Source of the DNA: Naegleria gruberi
Lineage: Eukaryota
Assembly: GCA_000004985.1 (NCBI GenBank)
Contig: GG738879.1
DNA length: 64,000 nt
Strand: one strand, 5' to 3'
In this document: in pieces, positions 1-10,772 of the stretch
Layout of the letters: each line of letters starts with the position of its first letter
Position numbering within the stretch: position 1 is the first letter of the stretch
The notes under the pieces: generated by a model
Databases searched by the model: none
What the model was told of the DNA's origin: nothing
What the model saw: only the letters and a program-made list of their open reading frames with translations
Program-made: the position numbers and the translations under genes

Positions 1-277
1 AATTTAGCATTCGAACTGGCCGATAATTCCGAAGATGAAAAGGAAATTGCACAACAAGAAGCAAGTGTTGACCATGAAACTTTTAAACAACTTCATCCTG
101 TACAGATTAGCCCAAAGGATGTTGATATGATCGTGAGTGCTGTGGTTAAAAAGGCTGATTGGAGAGTTAAATTGGGAGAATTAGAGCTCAAGTGGAGGCA
201 GGAATGCTCAAGGCAGAATATTTCAGTAGCTAGTGCGAATGTTGCTTTTGAAATTCTACGTGACATTAATTTTCAAG
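1..277 (+). CDS. partial coding exon (5'-truncated by window edge) of an unknown protein; ends at a GTTAGT donor
   Basis: Frame 1 is open from nt 1 (…SPKDVDMIVSAVVKKADWRVKLGELELKWRQECSRQN…INFQ). Canonical donor GTTAGT at 278 and acceptor …tatttAG at 351-352. Splicing to the downstream ORF could not be made in-frame, so the relationship to the 396..1754 gene is unresolved. Confidence 0.35.
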
Positions 278-395
278 GTTAGTTGTTGATTGGATTTTCA
301 ATTAATTTATTTGATAATTTTTTACATGTTTTAATGTCATCAAATTATTTAGGAAGTGGATCCAAACAATGTTGTGGTAAGTGTTGAAATAATTC

Positions 396-1754
396 TTGAT
401 AAGTTGTGACACATTGAAAAAAGGATGTTGTGGAGCTAATCCTCAATCAGAAAGAGAGGAAAGAGCATCAATCAGGAAGAATGACAAACCATACGTCCCA
501 AGAGGTGTAGAAGATCACATCTCAGACGAAGAAGAAGAAGAAGATGAATACTTTGATTTCGAAAGGTACTCTAGAAGTACAAGATTTTGTGAGTGTCCTT
601 GTGTACATTGCTCAACTAAACTTCCAAAATATAATGGGGCTATTGTTGCTGATAATTTAATTCCCAGCGATTTGAAACAGAGATTGAAAGATGAAATTGC
701 AAAATTGGAGAATGTTCCAGAAGATAAGAAAGATTGGCATCCAGGAGCAAATAAGCAAGTATTGGACTTGATTCATCCTTCATTGTATTGTTATGTTGAT
801 AAGGTTAGTGTTTCTGAAAAGGAAATGGAACCTGAAGTTGAAAAAGAAAGACATTGGTATCAACCAAAACCAAGTTATGAAAAACCAAAATCCAATAGAT
901 GTCAATGGTTACCTGCTGAATTTGAAGTAACATATGATAGCAATGTTGGATTAGATGCTAAAGATGCTGAACCTACTGTGAAAATCAATAGCTATATCAA
1001 TAATATCGATCAAATCAAACAACCAGAACTTTATGATGTTATTGGTAAAATATTTGGTAAATTCCACAAACAAATGAAACAGAGTCATCATTCTATTGGA
1101 AGGGCAGACACATTACAAGTCATTGTAAAAGCTGCCAATATTATTGTAACCCCAGATAAGCCATTTTACTCTGGAGGAACTTTCCATATGGAAGGAATGC
1201 CCTATGAACACATTGCTACAACTGGTATTTATTATTATCATTCAGAAAATGTAAAGAATAGTTATTTGGAGTTTAGATCTGGTATTTCAGAGCCATACGG
1301 ATACCAACAAGACGATGTTAAAGGATGTTTCGAGCAATATGGACTTCATGATGGTGATTTACAATTCAGAAGTGAAGGAGCAATTCACACCAAGGAAGAT
1401 AGATGTATCATTTTCAATAATACCGACCAACATAGAGTAAGACACTTTTTCCCTATTGATCCTTCGAAACCAGCCATTAGAAAGATACTCGTCTTTTTTA
1501 TTGTGAATCCAAGGAATAGAATCATCTCTACACAAGATGTTGACGTGCAAAGATTTGATTTCCTTATTAATAGATGCTTTATTTTGAACAAATTACTCCC
1601 ATTCCCAATCGTTCACACAATTGTACAATTTATGCCACACTTTACTCATGAGGAAGCTTTGAAAAATAGAGAAGAACTTATGAACCAGAGAAAGTACTAT
1701 GTCGATGAGCAAAACTTGGAAATAGAAAGAGAATTTTCACTTTGTGAACATTAG
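396..1754 (+). CDS. DUF4246-like protein (WHPG…DLIHPSLY motif); 5' exon structure unresolved
   Basis: 452-aa ORF ending TAG. Motifs DWHPGANKQVLDLIHPSLYCYV and …IVTPDKPFYSGGTFHMEG recall the fungal/protist DUF4246 family from memory. ORF begins with a non-ATG codon, so upstream exon(s) are likely. Confidence 0.55.
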   Translation: MISCDTLKKGCCGANPQSEREERASIRKNDKPYVPRGVEDHISDEEEEEDEYFDFERYSRSTRFCECPCVHCSTKLPKYNGAIVADNLIPSDLKQRLKDEIAKLENVPEDKKDWHPGANKQVLDLIHPSLYCYVDKVSVSEKEMEPEVEKERHWYQPKPSYEKPKSNRCQWLPAEFEVTYDSNVGLDAKDAEPTVKINSYINNIDQIKQPELYDVIGKIFGKFHKQMKQSHHSIGRADTLQVIVKAANIIVTPDKPFYSGGTFHMEGMPYEHIATTGIYYYHSENVKNSYLEFRSGISEPYGYQQDDVKGCFEQYGLHDGDLQFRSEGAIHTKEDRCIIFNNTDQHRVRHFFPIDPSKPAIRKILVFFIVNPRNRIISTQDVDVQRFDFLINRCFILNKLLPFPIVHTIVQFMPHFTHEEALKNREELMNQRKYYVDEQNLEIEREFSLCEH

Positions 1755-2146
1755 ATTTATTATAAAATCAATTGTTATATGCTAAAGTTAATAAAAGAAC
1801 ATTTAATTTTTGATGTTCCAAACTTTACTAAATATTAAGAAATGAGGTATTGAACAAGTTGTTCCACTCCTATCTGAAATCAATTGGAAGATGTGAAAGA
1901 AACAAGTAAAGTATAAACATGTTGACCATTTTTCATTTGAAAAAGTATTAAAATAATCTGAATTTTTTTGCAAGCCGTAGCAAGTGCCAATAAAAATGTG
2001 TACTAATCAGAGGCTTCTAAAAATGGAAATATACAATAGTTTAGAAAAATAAAAACACGATTATCAAGATAGAGATCCATACCACCAAAGAATAAAGAAT
2101 AGTCGCCCAAAAATTAAAGGTATTCAATAAAATAGTAAAAGTATGA

Positions 2147-2217
2147 CTCGAGTGCCGGGAATTGAACCCGGGTCGCCAGAGTGACAGTCTGGAATGCTAC
2201 CACTATACCACACCCGA
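2147..2217 (-). tRNA. tRNA-Asp (anticodon GTC)
   Basis: Reverse complement folds as cloverleaf. Acceptor TCGGGTG/CACTCGA, D-arm GTGGTATAGTGGTAGCAT, anticodon stem CCAGA/TCTGG with loop CTGTCAC (GUC), T-arm CCCGGGTTCAATTCCCGG. Confidence 0.85.
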
Positions 2218-2565
2218 TTTCACATATCGTTCACTAAAATATTTCTTTAAAATAAATAACAAAATAAATTTAATATTTACAATTTTTTAAAAAATTAAAT
2301 ATTGTTTCCGACATCAAGCTTACAAGTTGAGGACATGATTCTCTTCCAATTGCTTAATTTTAACCAATACAATCATTTTCAAAGAAACACTATCACTTCA
2401 ATTAAAGATGTCTATTTACTGAGTAGTGCTGCTAAACACTTTTGTAAACAAACAAAACACCGAACAAAAAAAATTCCCTACAACGTCGAAATTTTTGTTG
2501 TCCATTTTTCTATCATCAAGAACAACACTCTTGTCGGCACCATCATATAAAAATTCATCATCATC

Positions 2566-3591
2566 ATGTACGCTGCAGCACGTAGATTTACCTCTTCTTC
2601 AACTTTGGCATCAGTCTACAAGGCCCAATCTGCCAAGACTCTCTTTGCCAAGAATGCTAAATTTTCTCAACATAGCAACGCCAACAAGCAACTCATGTCT
2701 CAAGTTGGTATGGTCCAAAAGGCCTTCTCTCACGACGTAGAAATTAGCGTTAAATTTGTTTATGATGATCAAAACGTTGTTTTGGAATTGTTGAAGGAAC
2801 ACGGAGGAAAGGTTGAACAAACATCAAACATTAACGTTACATACTTTGATAATGTTCCACAAGATGAAGTCCTTCCAGAAGCTGCTGAAGTTGCCAAGGA
2901 TAGACCACAAACACAAGAAAGATACACCATGACTGCCAAGGATTCTTGGTTGTTGAAGGAAAGTACACAAGATTCTATTGAATGGAAGTGTTCTTATCCA
3001 AATGTCGAAGAAGGAAAGACTCACTTGGATCAACCACTCACTGCAAGAGTTCCAATGTATCAAGAAGCTATTGGAGAAAGAGAAATTCGTAGATTTTTAA
3101 ATTTACAACAAGATATGACTGCTGAAGCTAGAACTGGTACAAAGTTGCCATCTTTGGATGAAGATTTGCGAAAGAGATTAAGTATTGTCCCATTCGCCAA
3201 GATTGACTATACTGAAACTACTGTATCTGTATCACCATCTATTAATTATGCTAATATTAATGTCACTTTGAGAGATGCTTCTTTCGGATACAAATTGGGT
3301 ACTCTTAAATGTAGTGTTCAAAATATTAGCAGAGAAATGGCTGATGATTTGGGTGTACATTTGTTGCGTTTGTTCGAATCCACTAAATTGAACAAGTTAA
3401 TACAACCACACGCTAGATCTATTGTTGAAGAATACTTGTATAGAACTCGTCAAGGAACCCACTACAAGACTCTTTTGGAAGCTGGTATTCGTGATGATAA
3501 GCTTATGGATCCTGAAACTGCCAGAAATGAAATTAATGCCATGTTGGAAAAGCAAGGAAAGTCACCACTCGCTGAACCAGAAGAAAACTAA
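2566..3591 (+). CDS. hypothetical protein with N-terminal mitochondrial-type presequence (possible CYTH-like fold)
   Basis: 341-aa single ORF, TAA stop. N-term MYAAARRFTSSSTLASVY… is Arg/Ser-rich and amphipathic. VEISVKFVYDD weakly resembles the CYTH ExExK start; no firm family call. Confidence 0.55.
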   Translation: MYAAARRFTSSSTLASVYKAQSAKTLFAKNAKFSQHSNANKQLMSQVGMVQKAFSHDVEISVKFVYDDQNVVLELLKEHGGKVEQTSNINVTYFDNVPQDEVLPEAAEVAKDRPQTQERYTMTAKDSWLLKESTQDSIEWKCSYPNVEEGKTHLDQPLTARVPMYQEAIGEREIRRFLNLQQDMTAEARTGTKLPSLDEDLRKRLSIVPFAKIDYTETTVSVSPSINYANINVTLRDASFGYKLGTLKCSVQNISREMADDLGVHLLRLFESTKLNKLIQPHARSIVEEYLYRTRQGTHYKTLLEAGIRDDKLMDPETARNEINAMLEKQGKSPLAEPEEN

Positions 3592-3899
3592 ATTTCTCTC
3601 TCAGCAATAATTTTCACTGTGTAATTAAACCTAAAATATTTTATAAAAAAATGGGGCTGATACCTAATGTTAAATAGTCAATTTGTTGTTTGACAGGAAG
3701 TTAATTTGATTCATGACATTTCATCATTATGAAAATTAATTTCTATCATCATGTTATTCCAATCCGAGAATTATTTAATATTAGAATTTAACAATAAGAA
3801 GAAAAATGCCACTCCTTCAAATTAGTGAAGATGAAATGGATGAAATCAGAGCCTTCTATGAGCTCTTACTAACAGGGAGATGATGATGAAAAAACCGAG

Positions 3900-4631
3900 T
3901 TGGCAGTTAGTATTAAAATTCCAGGAGGTAAATCATTGTCAACCTCCAATCTAATAACCAATAGGAGAATGACTTCAACAGATATTCAAAGTCTCTTCCA
4001 TAGAATTGGATTAAAAGTAACCTCCGATCAAATCAGAGAAATTATTAAGGGAGCACACGAATCCTACTATAGAAAGTCTGACAATTCACTCCCTAATGAT
4101 TCAATCAATTTTAATGAATTTGTTCATCTCATCAATGATAAACCACCAGCCAATGTTTCTCGAGAGCAATTAATCACAGCCTTTAAAATCCTCTCAGAGA
4201 ATGAGGAGGGAGAAACAGAGGGCTACATGTCCGTTGATGAATTGGAGAGGTACCTCACTCATTTTCACTACTGTACCGAGAAGCACTTTGAAGAGGAACA
4301 GGAAATGAATGATGAAGATGCCGAGTATTTGGAAAATAGTAATGTTAATACTTCCCTCAATTTGAAGCAAGTTAAAAAGGCTCGGAATTTCCTCACCGAT
4401 CCTCAATATGATATGAGACCTTTCACTAAGAAGGACTTTCACAAATTGGTTGATATTTTAGATCCCTATTGTAGTGGACATATTAATTATTTGAAATATG
4501 TTAGCATGATGTATGATGGATTAATACAAGGTGAAGAAATTTCCGAGAGTAATAATAATAACACTAATAACAACACTAATAACACTAACAACACCAATAT
4601 TCATCACCACCATAACCATAATGGAAAGTAA
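3900..4631 (+). CDS. EF-hand-like protein with Asn/Thr/His-rich C-terminal tail; start uncertain
   Basis: 243-aa ORF. Paired helix-loop-helix segments (TSDQIREIIKG…INFNEFVHLI; MSVDELERYLTHF) look EF-hand-like. C-term NNNNTNNNTNNTNNTNIHHHHNHN. ORF opens with non-ATG; an ATG at 3806 lies upstream in another frame (possible short intron). Confidence 0.5.
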   Translation: MAVSIKIPGGKSLSTSNLITNRRMTSTDIQSLFHRIGLKVTSDQIREIIKGAHESYYRKSDNSLPNDSINFNEFVHLINDKPPANVSREQLITAFKILSENEEGETEGYMSVDELERYLTHFHYCTEKHFEEEQEMNDEDAEYLENSNVNTSLNLKQVKKARNFLTDPQYDMRPFTKKDFHKLVDILDPYCSGHINYLKYVSMMYDGLIQGEEISESNNNNTNNNTNNTNNTNIHHHHNHNGK

Positions 4632-5049
4632 TTATATCACCTCCATCTCTTTCATTACTGAACAGCAACCTGTTGTCCTAACGGGCTTATTGAATATATT
4701 GTGAGATACGAATTCAGCAAGAAATCAAAGAAGAATAACCCTGAACTGGATTGCATCACAATGATGAAAATACGTTAACTGATAATAATTGTCCGTTTAA
4801 CAACATAAGAAGCAAGAAGAATCTGCTTTAAGGTCACCTTAGTCTTTATTAAGAAGATAACAAGTAAAAAAACAAACATCATCACCATTGCGTCGTTCAT
4901 CATCATTGCTTGGAAAAATTGCTCTCAAGTCCTCTCTCACTGATAGAATAGATATGGAAATATAAGGACAATTCACCACATCAAATAGATCAAATTTTTA
5001 TTATAATATATAATATTATTGAATACATAGAGAAAGTAGAGAAAATAGA

Positions 5050-7521
5050 ATGAATAACTTTGTAACAGCTTTTCACTTAACTTCTATAGAGGATTTTAGT
5101 CCTATACAACGAGCTTACTTTCAAAACAATGGCGACCCGCAGCAACATCCACCTAATACACCTGACAATTCAACTACCACCTCTCACACCCCAATATCTG
5201 TACTCTCCTCAATTCCCTTCTATTCTTCGAAGGCCATTTCCAAGAATAATAGTGTTGCTCCTCTTCATGTATCAAATTATAGACCAACCACACCAAAGAT
5301 TAGAAAACAAACTTCTCTAAGCTTTATAAGAAGTTCCAAGACCTTTGATGTTTCACATTTACAGCGAGTAAGAATCTCAACCAGCTCATCAACGAGTCCT
5401 CTCATTGAGGAACATGTAGAAAAACCGAAAATCACAACATCACTACAAAAGTCTATTGCAGCATCTTCGACTGTTCCCTATGCTGTGGTTACATCATGTG
5501 ATACGAAGAGGATTAATCTTTCAAAATTAGTGGCAATGATTCCACTGCGAATCAAATTGTTCTTTATTGTCATTGTATCGATAGTTTCACTAGTGGCATT
5601 TGGTGCTATTCTTATTAATGATGCAGCAAAGGTATGTTTTTAAGCAATATATTAATTTGACAAGTTAATTATTTAACATTAATTGAACCTTTTTCAGAGA
5701 GTGGTGGAAACACAAAGTGTAAAACAATTAACGTTATTTTCAACAAATATGGCACAAATGATTCATGAATTACAAAAGGAGAGGGGTGCATCCTCTCTCT
5801 ATCTAGGAGCTAGAGGGACTAAATTTGGTTTAGAGCTTGGAAAACAAAGAAATGTAACAAACTCAGCTATTGAAAATTGGCCATCAACAAAAAAGTCTAT
5901 CGATGAGTTTTTCAATTTACTGACAGATAAGGATGATGTAGCTAGAAATCAAACTTATTCCATGGTGTCAAAAATTGATGAATATCTGGGTCAGCTGCCA
6001 AATCAGAGAGAAATGATTCAAAATTTACAATACAACTCATCCAAGCCAGTTATTGATTACTTTTCAGATTGTATTAGGGATATGATTGATGTAGTTTCAG
6101 TGGCTGCATCTTTGGCAGACGATAGAAAATTCCTAGTCATATCAAATATTTACACACTAGTCATGGCTTTAAAAGAAACATTGGGACAAAGAAGGGCCAT
6201 TGGAAGTAATGCTATGGCCGCAAGCGCTTTCTCTAATGATTTTTTCTTTTCATTTCTTGATCTCAAATCTAAATATGTGGCCCTCTATCAGGTTATAGAC
6301 ACCAAGTCAAGAAATAAGGATTGTATTGAATTATTTACCGATTTGGCAAATTATGTACAAAATTCATCATTGATAGATATGATGGAAAGAAACATGTTAT
6401 CCTCCCCTTTTAATTTATCACAGGCTGAACAATCATTTTCTGCTGAAATGTGGTTTTGGACCATTACTGAGAAAATTAACCAACTCAAAATGGTCGAGGA
6501 CAAGATTAGAGATTCAATATTTTCAAATGGTGAGGACATGAAAAAAAGTTCCATGGATGCTTTGATTGGATATAGTGTTGGAGGTTTTTGTGTGGTTCTT
6601 TCCTCCATTATTTTAGCTTTAATCTTTTCAAGAACGATTCAAGACCTGATGAATCTGTACGATGAGACAGTTCACAAATTCGTTCCAAAGGAATTCATGT
6701 CGATTGTACATAAGGATAATGTTGTAGATTTAAAGCACGGAGATTACTTTGAAATGGAATTGGATGTCATGTTTGCTGATATTCGTGGTTATACAAGTAT
6801 TTGTGAAAATATGACACCAGATGAGACGTTTGAGTTTTTGAATAATTATCTGTCATTGGTTGGACCAGTTGTGAGAGAACATGGTGGATATATTGACAAG
6901 TATTTGGGTGATGGTATTTTGGCATTATTTTTAACACCAGGTCAATCTGTTTTAGCTGCAATGGAATTACAAAGAAGGTTAATTTCTCTGAACCAATCTA
7001 AGAGGTATCCAACAGTAAAAGTTGGTATCGGTATTGCAAGAGGTAAATGTGCAGTTGGATTGATTGGAGAATCTCAGAGAGTTGATCCAACCATTATTGG
7101 AGATACTGTCAATTTGGCATCACGTCTTGAATCCCTTACAAAATATTACCAGGTGGATATTGTGGTAACAAGGGAAGTTATTGAAGCATCTCCACTGTTG
7201 GATCCATCAAGATTTAGAAATATTGGAAAAGTTGCAGTTGTTGGAAGACAACAGGCATGTTCAATTTATGAAATTATTACTCAATCTCCAAACAATGATA
7301 AGGAATTGAAGAAGGCTGTCACAAAAGAAAAGTTTGAGGCAGCTATTGAAATGATGTATGATAGGGATAATTTTTATCCAGATGAAGCTCTTGAATATCT
7401 CAAACAAGTTGTTGAAGAGGATGAAAATGACTATGTAGCTCAATTGAGAATGTACAAGCTGGAAGAAATTCTAAGTTCAGAATGCACTTGGCAGTATGAA
7501 GATCGATTAGATTTTAAATAA
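5050..7521 (+). CDS. membrane class III nucleotidyl (adenylyl-type) cyclase with extracellular NIT-like sensor; exons 5050..5631 and 5698..7521
   Basis: Two ORFs joined by GTATGT donor at 5632 and tttttcAG acceptor at 5696-5697, in frame (phase 0). Exon 1 is an S/T-rich N-terminus plus TM helix (LFFIVIVSIVSLVAFGAILI). About 290 aa follow, opening with MAQMIHELQKERGASSLYLGARG (NIT-domain signature). Second TM is FCVVLSSIILALIFS. Cyclase catalytic core: FADIRGYTSICE, KYLGDGILALF, GDTVNLASRLES. Helical C-terminal tail. Confidence 0.8.
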
Positions 7522-7806
7522 AAGTTAGTATTATTCCATTTTGTTTGTCAGAAACAAAAGCGAACCTTGTGGTTTTAGGTTCCCCTGCGCGTCAGCTGTT
7601 GGTGGTTACAACAGCTTTTGTCACCTGGCAGAACATTTGGATATAACCACAATACCAATTGTAGAACCTAGGAGGCGCATATACTACCTATTAATTTACT
7701 TCTTACCAATGCGAGCATAATTTGATGATTACAACATTTTGGTTTGCAAATAAAAAAATGGAAAATACTGACTATTATTTCAAGAGATAACTTTATGTAA
7801 ATATTA

Positions 7807-9175
7807 TTAATTGTTATTTCTAAAATTGTTGATATTTTGAGTTACAGATTCAATTTGATTGGCAAAGAAGAAATGTCCACAATCTCCATAAGCTACCAAT
7901 TTAGAATTTGGAATGTTTTTGAAAGCATAAAACGCATTTTCATCAAAATCAACATTCTTATCATAGATAGAAGCAAGTATTTGAGTTGGAACTTTGATGG
8001 ACGAAAGGTACTTCTTTCTGTCAGATGCCATGTTCAGAAATAGATACATATCGAAAAGGTATCCAATGGTTTTTCTTTGAGTGAAGGCAAAGTTCAAAAG
8101 GAAAACGTTATAAATATTGCGGTTTGTAAAGTTTTCGTCCATTTTTGGGAAACATTGGGATTGTAACTTGGTGGAATCAGAACTTACTCCAAAAACGAAT
8201 AAAGTTAAAGAAGGTTTCATGGACAATATTCTATACAGAGCATAACTTCCCCATCTTAATAAATTTGGATACTTTTGGAAGGAGAAGAAAGGATCCCAAG
8301 AATATATACGAAAGCTTTCTTCAGACGAATCTCTATAACTTTCTTGATACCTCAATAATAAATCAGTAGCATTTTTCTTATCATAGATAAGATAAGGGTC
8401 ATTGCCTTTTTCCAATTTAATTTCCAAATCTTTGAAACTTCTCGTAGTTTCTCCTCTAATAATAATCATGTTTCGAACAATTCCAACAATTAGATGGAGA
8501 CTTGAAATTCGTGAAGGATTCATCTTGGCAATATGTAGAGCATAAGGTCCTCCTCCAGAAACTCCAATCACTGAAAAGTTTGCATTCTCACCCACCAAAT
8601 GATTCATCAACGAAACCATCAATAAATTAGACGAATCCAAAATAAAGTCCAATGAAGGAATTTCACTCCCAGATTTCCCCTCCAATTCTAATATTTGTTG
8701 CAAATGGGAAATATTGGTAAAATCAAAGGTGTGATTGTTGAAAGTTTCTCCTCCCATATAGAAATTAATAATCTTTCGTTCAGTTTCTGAAAACTTTTCA
8801 AACATGGTTTTACAATATCCAATTCTAACAGGGCTAATCAGAACCCAATCAGATGGAATAGTAGTTGCAAATATTTTACCTTCTTCATATCCACTTGGAG
8901 ATCCATGGCTATTGAGGAAGTTTCCCCAAGTTAGAATAATGTTTAGTAAATAATAAATCAACTTACAGATGAAGAAATACCTTCTTTGTAACATTCTTGT
9001 TCAATAAATGGCCATTAAGAATGTGATACTGAATAGTTCCATAATCTGATTGATAAACTATTGTTTCTGATTCTTCCATTTTTGGAATGTCAACATTCAT
9101 TGTCTTGTTGTAATCATAAACCACAACAGAAACCAACAAGATAACCAAAAACCATATGAATTGACTTGTTTTCAT
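7807..9175 (-). CDS. secreted alpha/beta-hydrolase (proline-iminopeptidase/epoxide-hydrolase-like); exons 9175..8967 and 8908..7807
   Basis: Exon 1 encodes signal peptide MKTSQFIWFLVILLVSVVVY. GTAAGT donor (8966..8961) and caatAG acceptor give a 58-nt intron (8909..8966) and in-frame junction …FLHL/HGSPSG. HGSP oxyanion motif, GVSGGGPYAL nucleophile elbow, C-terminal GDCGHFF His. Confidence 0.75.
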
Positions 9176-10634
9176 TTTTTATTATTGTATTTAAAAACAG
9201 TTTTGACACATTTTGGGTTTTTAATTGGAGAAATCTTTCGAATAGTTTCAACGCGCAATACGCAAGAGTGCTTTTTTGTAAATTTTTCAACTAGACCCAT
9301 TTTGAACACACACTGAAACCTTAAAGATTATTCACACACTTATCAAATAACACGATACTTTTCTAATAAGCTGCCAATTAAAACAATGAATAGAGACATT
9401 CTCACCATATTATTATTACCATTTCACTCTAACCATCACAAACTTCTTTCTATTGAGAATTGCTCACAAACGTGTCTGATATCTTTCTTGTCATCATCTC
9501 ATCTGTATCGAATGAATTGAAAGAGAGTGCGCCTAATATGATGTTGTGTAACAACTCTTTTGTGTTGCACAACATTATTTGATGATCAGAAAATGGTTTA
9601 TTTGTGACAACTTAAGAGAAATTCAATCGAATCAAAGAGCATTCAATAGATTTAGAGCATTCAATACTATTGAAAAGGAAGGCTTGCTCTGACAATGAAC
9701 TTTCTGATAATAATTTTGTATATAATAGCTAGTAACTTATTAGAAACTGTGCTTAAAATTTTAATTTACCATTTTACGTGCATAGCTCACGGTAGGTATT
9801 GTAATATTCTTAATCGGCAGTATCTGAGGTTTTTGAAATCTAAATCCTGTTTCCAATAAAGATTTCGTTCATTTTAGGAACTTATTTAGAAAAGTGGATT
9901 CCAAGAAAATGAAGTTCTTCCATTATCGATTACCAATCATATCGAATAATGTAAAATGCAATTTTTTTATTAAGAAAACAGTCGTTTTATTACATATTAT
10001 CAAACTATTCGAAAGGAATCATGTCATGATGATTTCTGTCGATTTTCGAATAATATTGATTCAGATAGAAACATGGAGGATTGTATGCTGAGAAGATGTC
10101 TTTCATCGCTGTCAATCCAAAGTGAAATCAGTCTAACTTTCATAGGAGATTCCGTTACTAAATCAAGGTTTCTGATAATCCAAACTATTCTCCAACTCTT
10201 CCAGTTCAAAGAAGAAGAAGGAGCTGAATACAAGACAAAGGAAATAGGAGCAATAAAATCGAATAAGAGTTATCATGTCGATGCTTTTTTTTAAAGAAGA
10301 ACTATTCAATCTGAAAGTTGCCATTCTTGTTGTTGTGTTTTGAATATCTAACCAACAAATTAACATATTTAGAAAGATACCAAACATAACATGTAGATAA
10401 AAAACGGTCGAGCAATAACAATAATTCAATTTCTGTTAGACTCTACACCATGCAAATGAAGAAGATTGTGTTAAACCAAGAGTTCAAACTCTCAAAAGAC
10501 GAGTTGGAGGAAATATTATAAAGGATATACGAACAATGAGATTAAGGCACAAAATTTGAATGATTTGCAATGGGAAGTTAATTGGACAACGACCACTGCA
10601 TGTCATATTAAGGAGAATTTCATTATGAATGTAA

Positions 10635-10708
10635 GCAGCGATAGATCAGTTGGTTAGATCGTAAGCCTAACACGCTTAAGGTCGCGGGTTCAAGCCCCGC
10701 TCGCTGTA
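10635..10708 (+). tRNA. tRNA-Val (anticodon AAC), copy 1
   Basis: GCAGCGA TA GATC AGTTGGTTA GATC G TAAGC CTAACAC GCTTA AGGTC GCGGG TTCAAGC CCCGC TCGCTGT A. Loop CTAACAC gives AAC. Identical gene at 22936. Confidence 0.9.
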
Positions 10709-10728
10709 TCCATTTAGTCTTTTTTCAT

Positions 10729-10772
10729 TTATTGAGATTGACATTTAGCATCGATCTAAGGTTGAGCTTAAA
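10729..10772 (+). promoter_or_regulatory. conserved 44-bp element about 20 bp downstream of tRNA-Val (ex-B-box-like); identical copy at 23049..23092
   Basis: TTATTGAGATTGACATTTAGCATCGATCTAAGGTTGAGCTTAAA is 44/44 identical after both tRNA-Val genes. Contains a B-box-like GGTTGAGCTT. A degenerate third copy (cttattgaaattgacatg) sits at about 23148. Confidence 0.35.

Noticed and set aside
353-376. 24-nt mini-exon (GSGSKQCC) between two GTAAGT-type donors upstream of the 396 ORF
   Set aside because: Could not be spliced in-frame to the 396..1754 ORF with any nearby AG. It may instead be the C-terminal end of the upstream gene (…FQGSGSKQCCGKC*), but that is unsupported.
1359-1591. Numerous 60-130-aa ORFs on the opposite strand or nested within long genes (for example 1359..1591 -, 2611..3063 -, 6351..6961 -, 18043..18495 +, 47909..48274 -, 51172..51882 +, 55093..55869 +)
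   Set aside because: They overlap well-supported conserved-domain CDSs on the other strand, show low-complexity translations and lack start context. Treated as non-coding frame noise.
7555-7720. Assignment of the GC-rich island to U1, U2 or U12 snRNA
   Set aside because: The plus strand has uCACCUGGCAG (U1-like) but the 5' end would not pair with the GTAAGT donors used here. The minus strand has GGUAGUA but lacks the invariant U2 context (GUGUAGUAUCUGUUC). No clear Sm site. Kept only as an unassigned ncRNA candidate.
9180-9900. Long gene-free spacers (9180..9900, 10760..11700, 58600..59350) as possible mobile-element remnants
   Set aside because: No terminal repeats, target-site duplications, RT/transposase-like ORFs or poly-A tails recognisable. 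Most simply, these are promoter/UTR regions of divergently placed genes.
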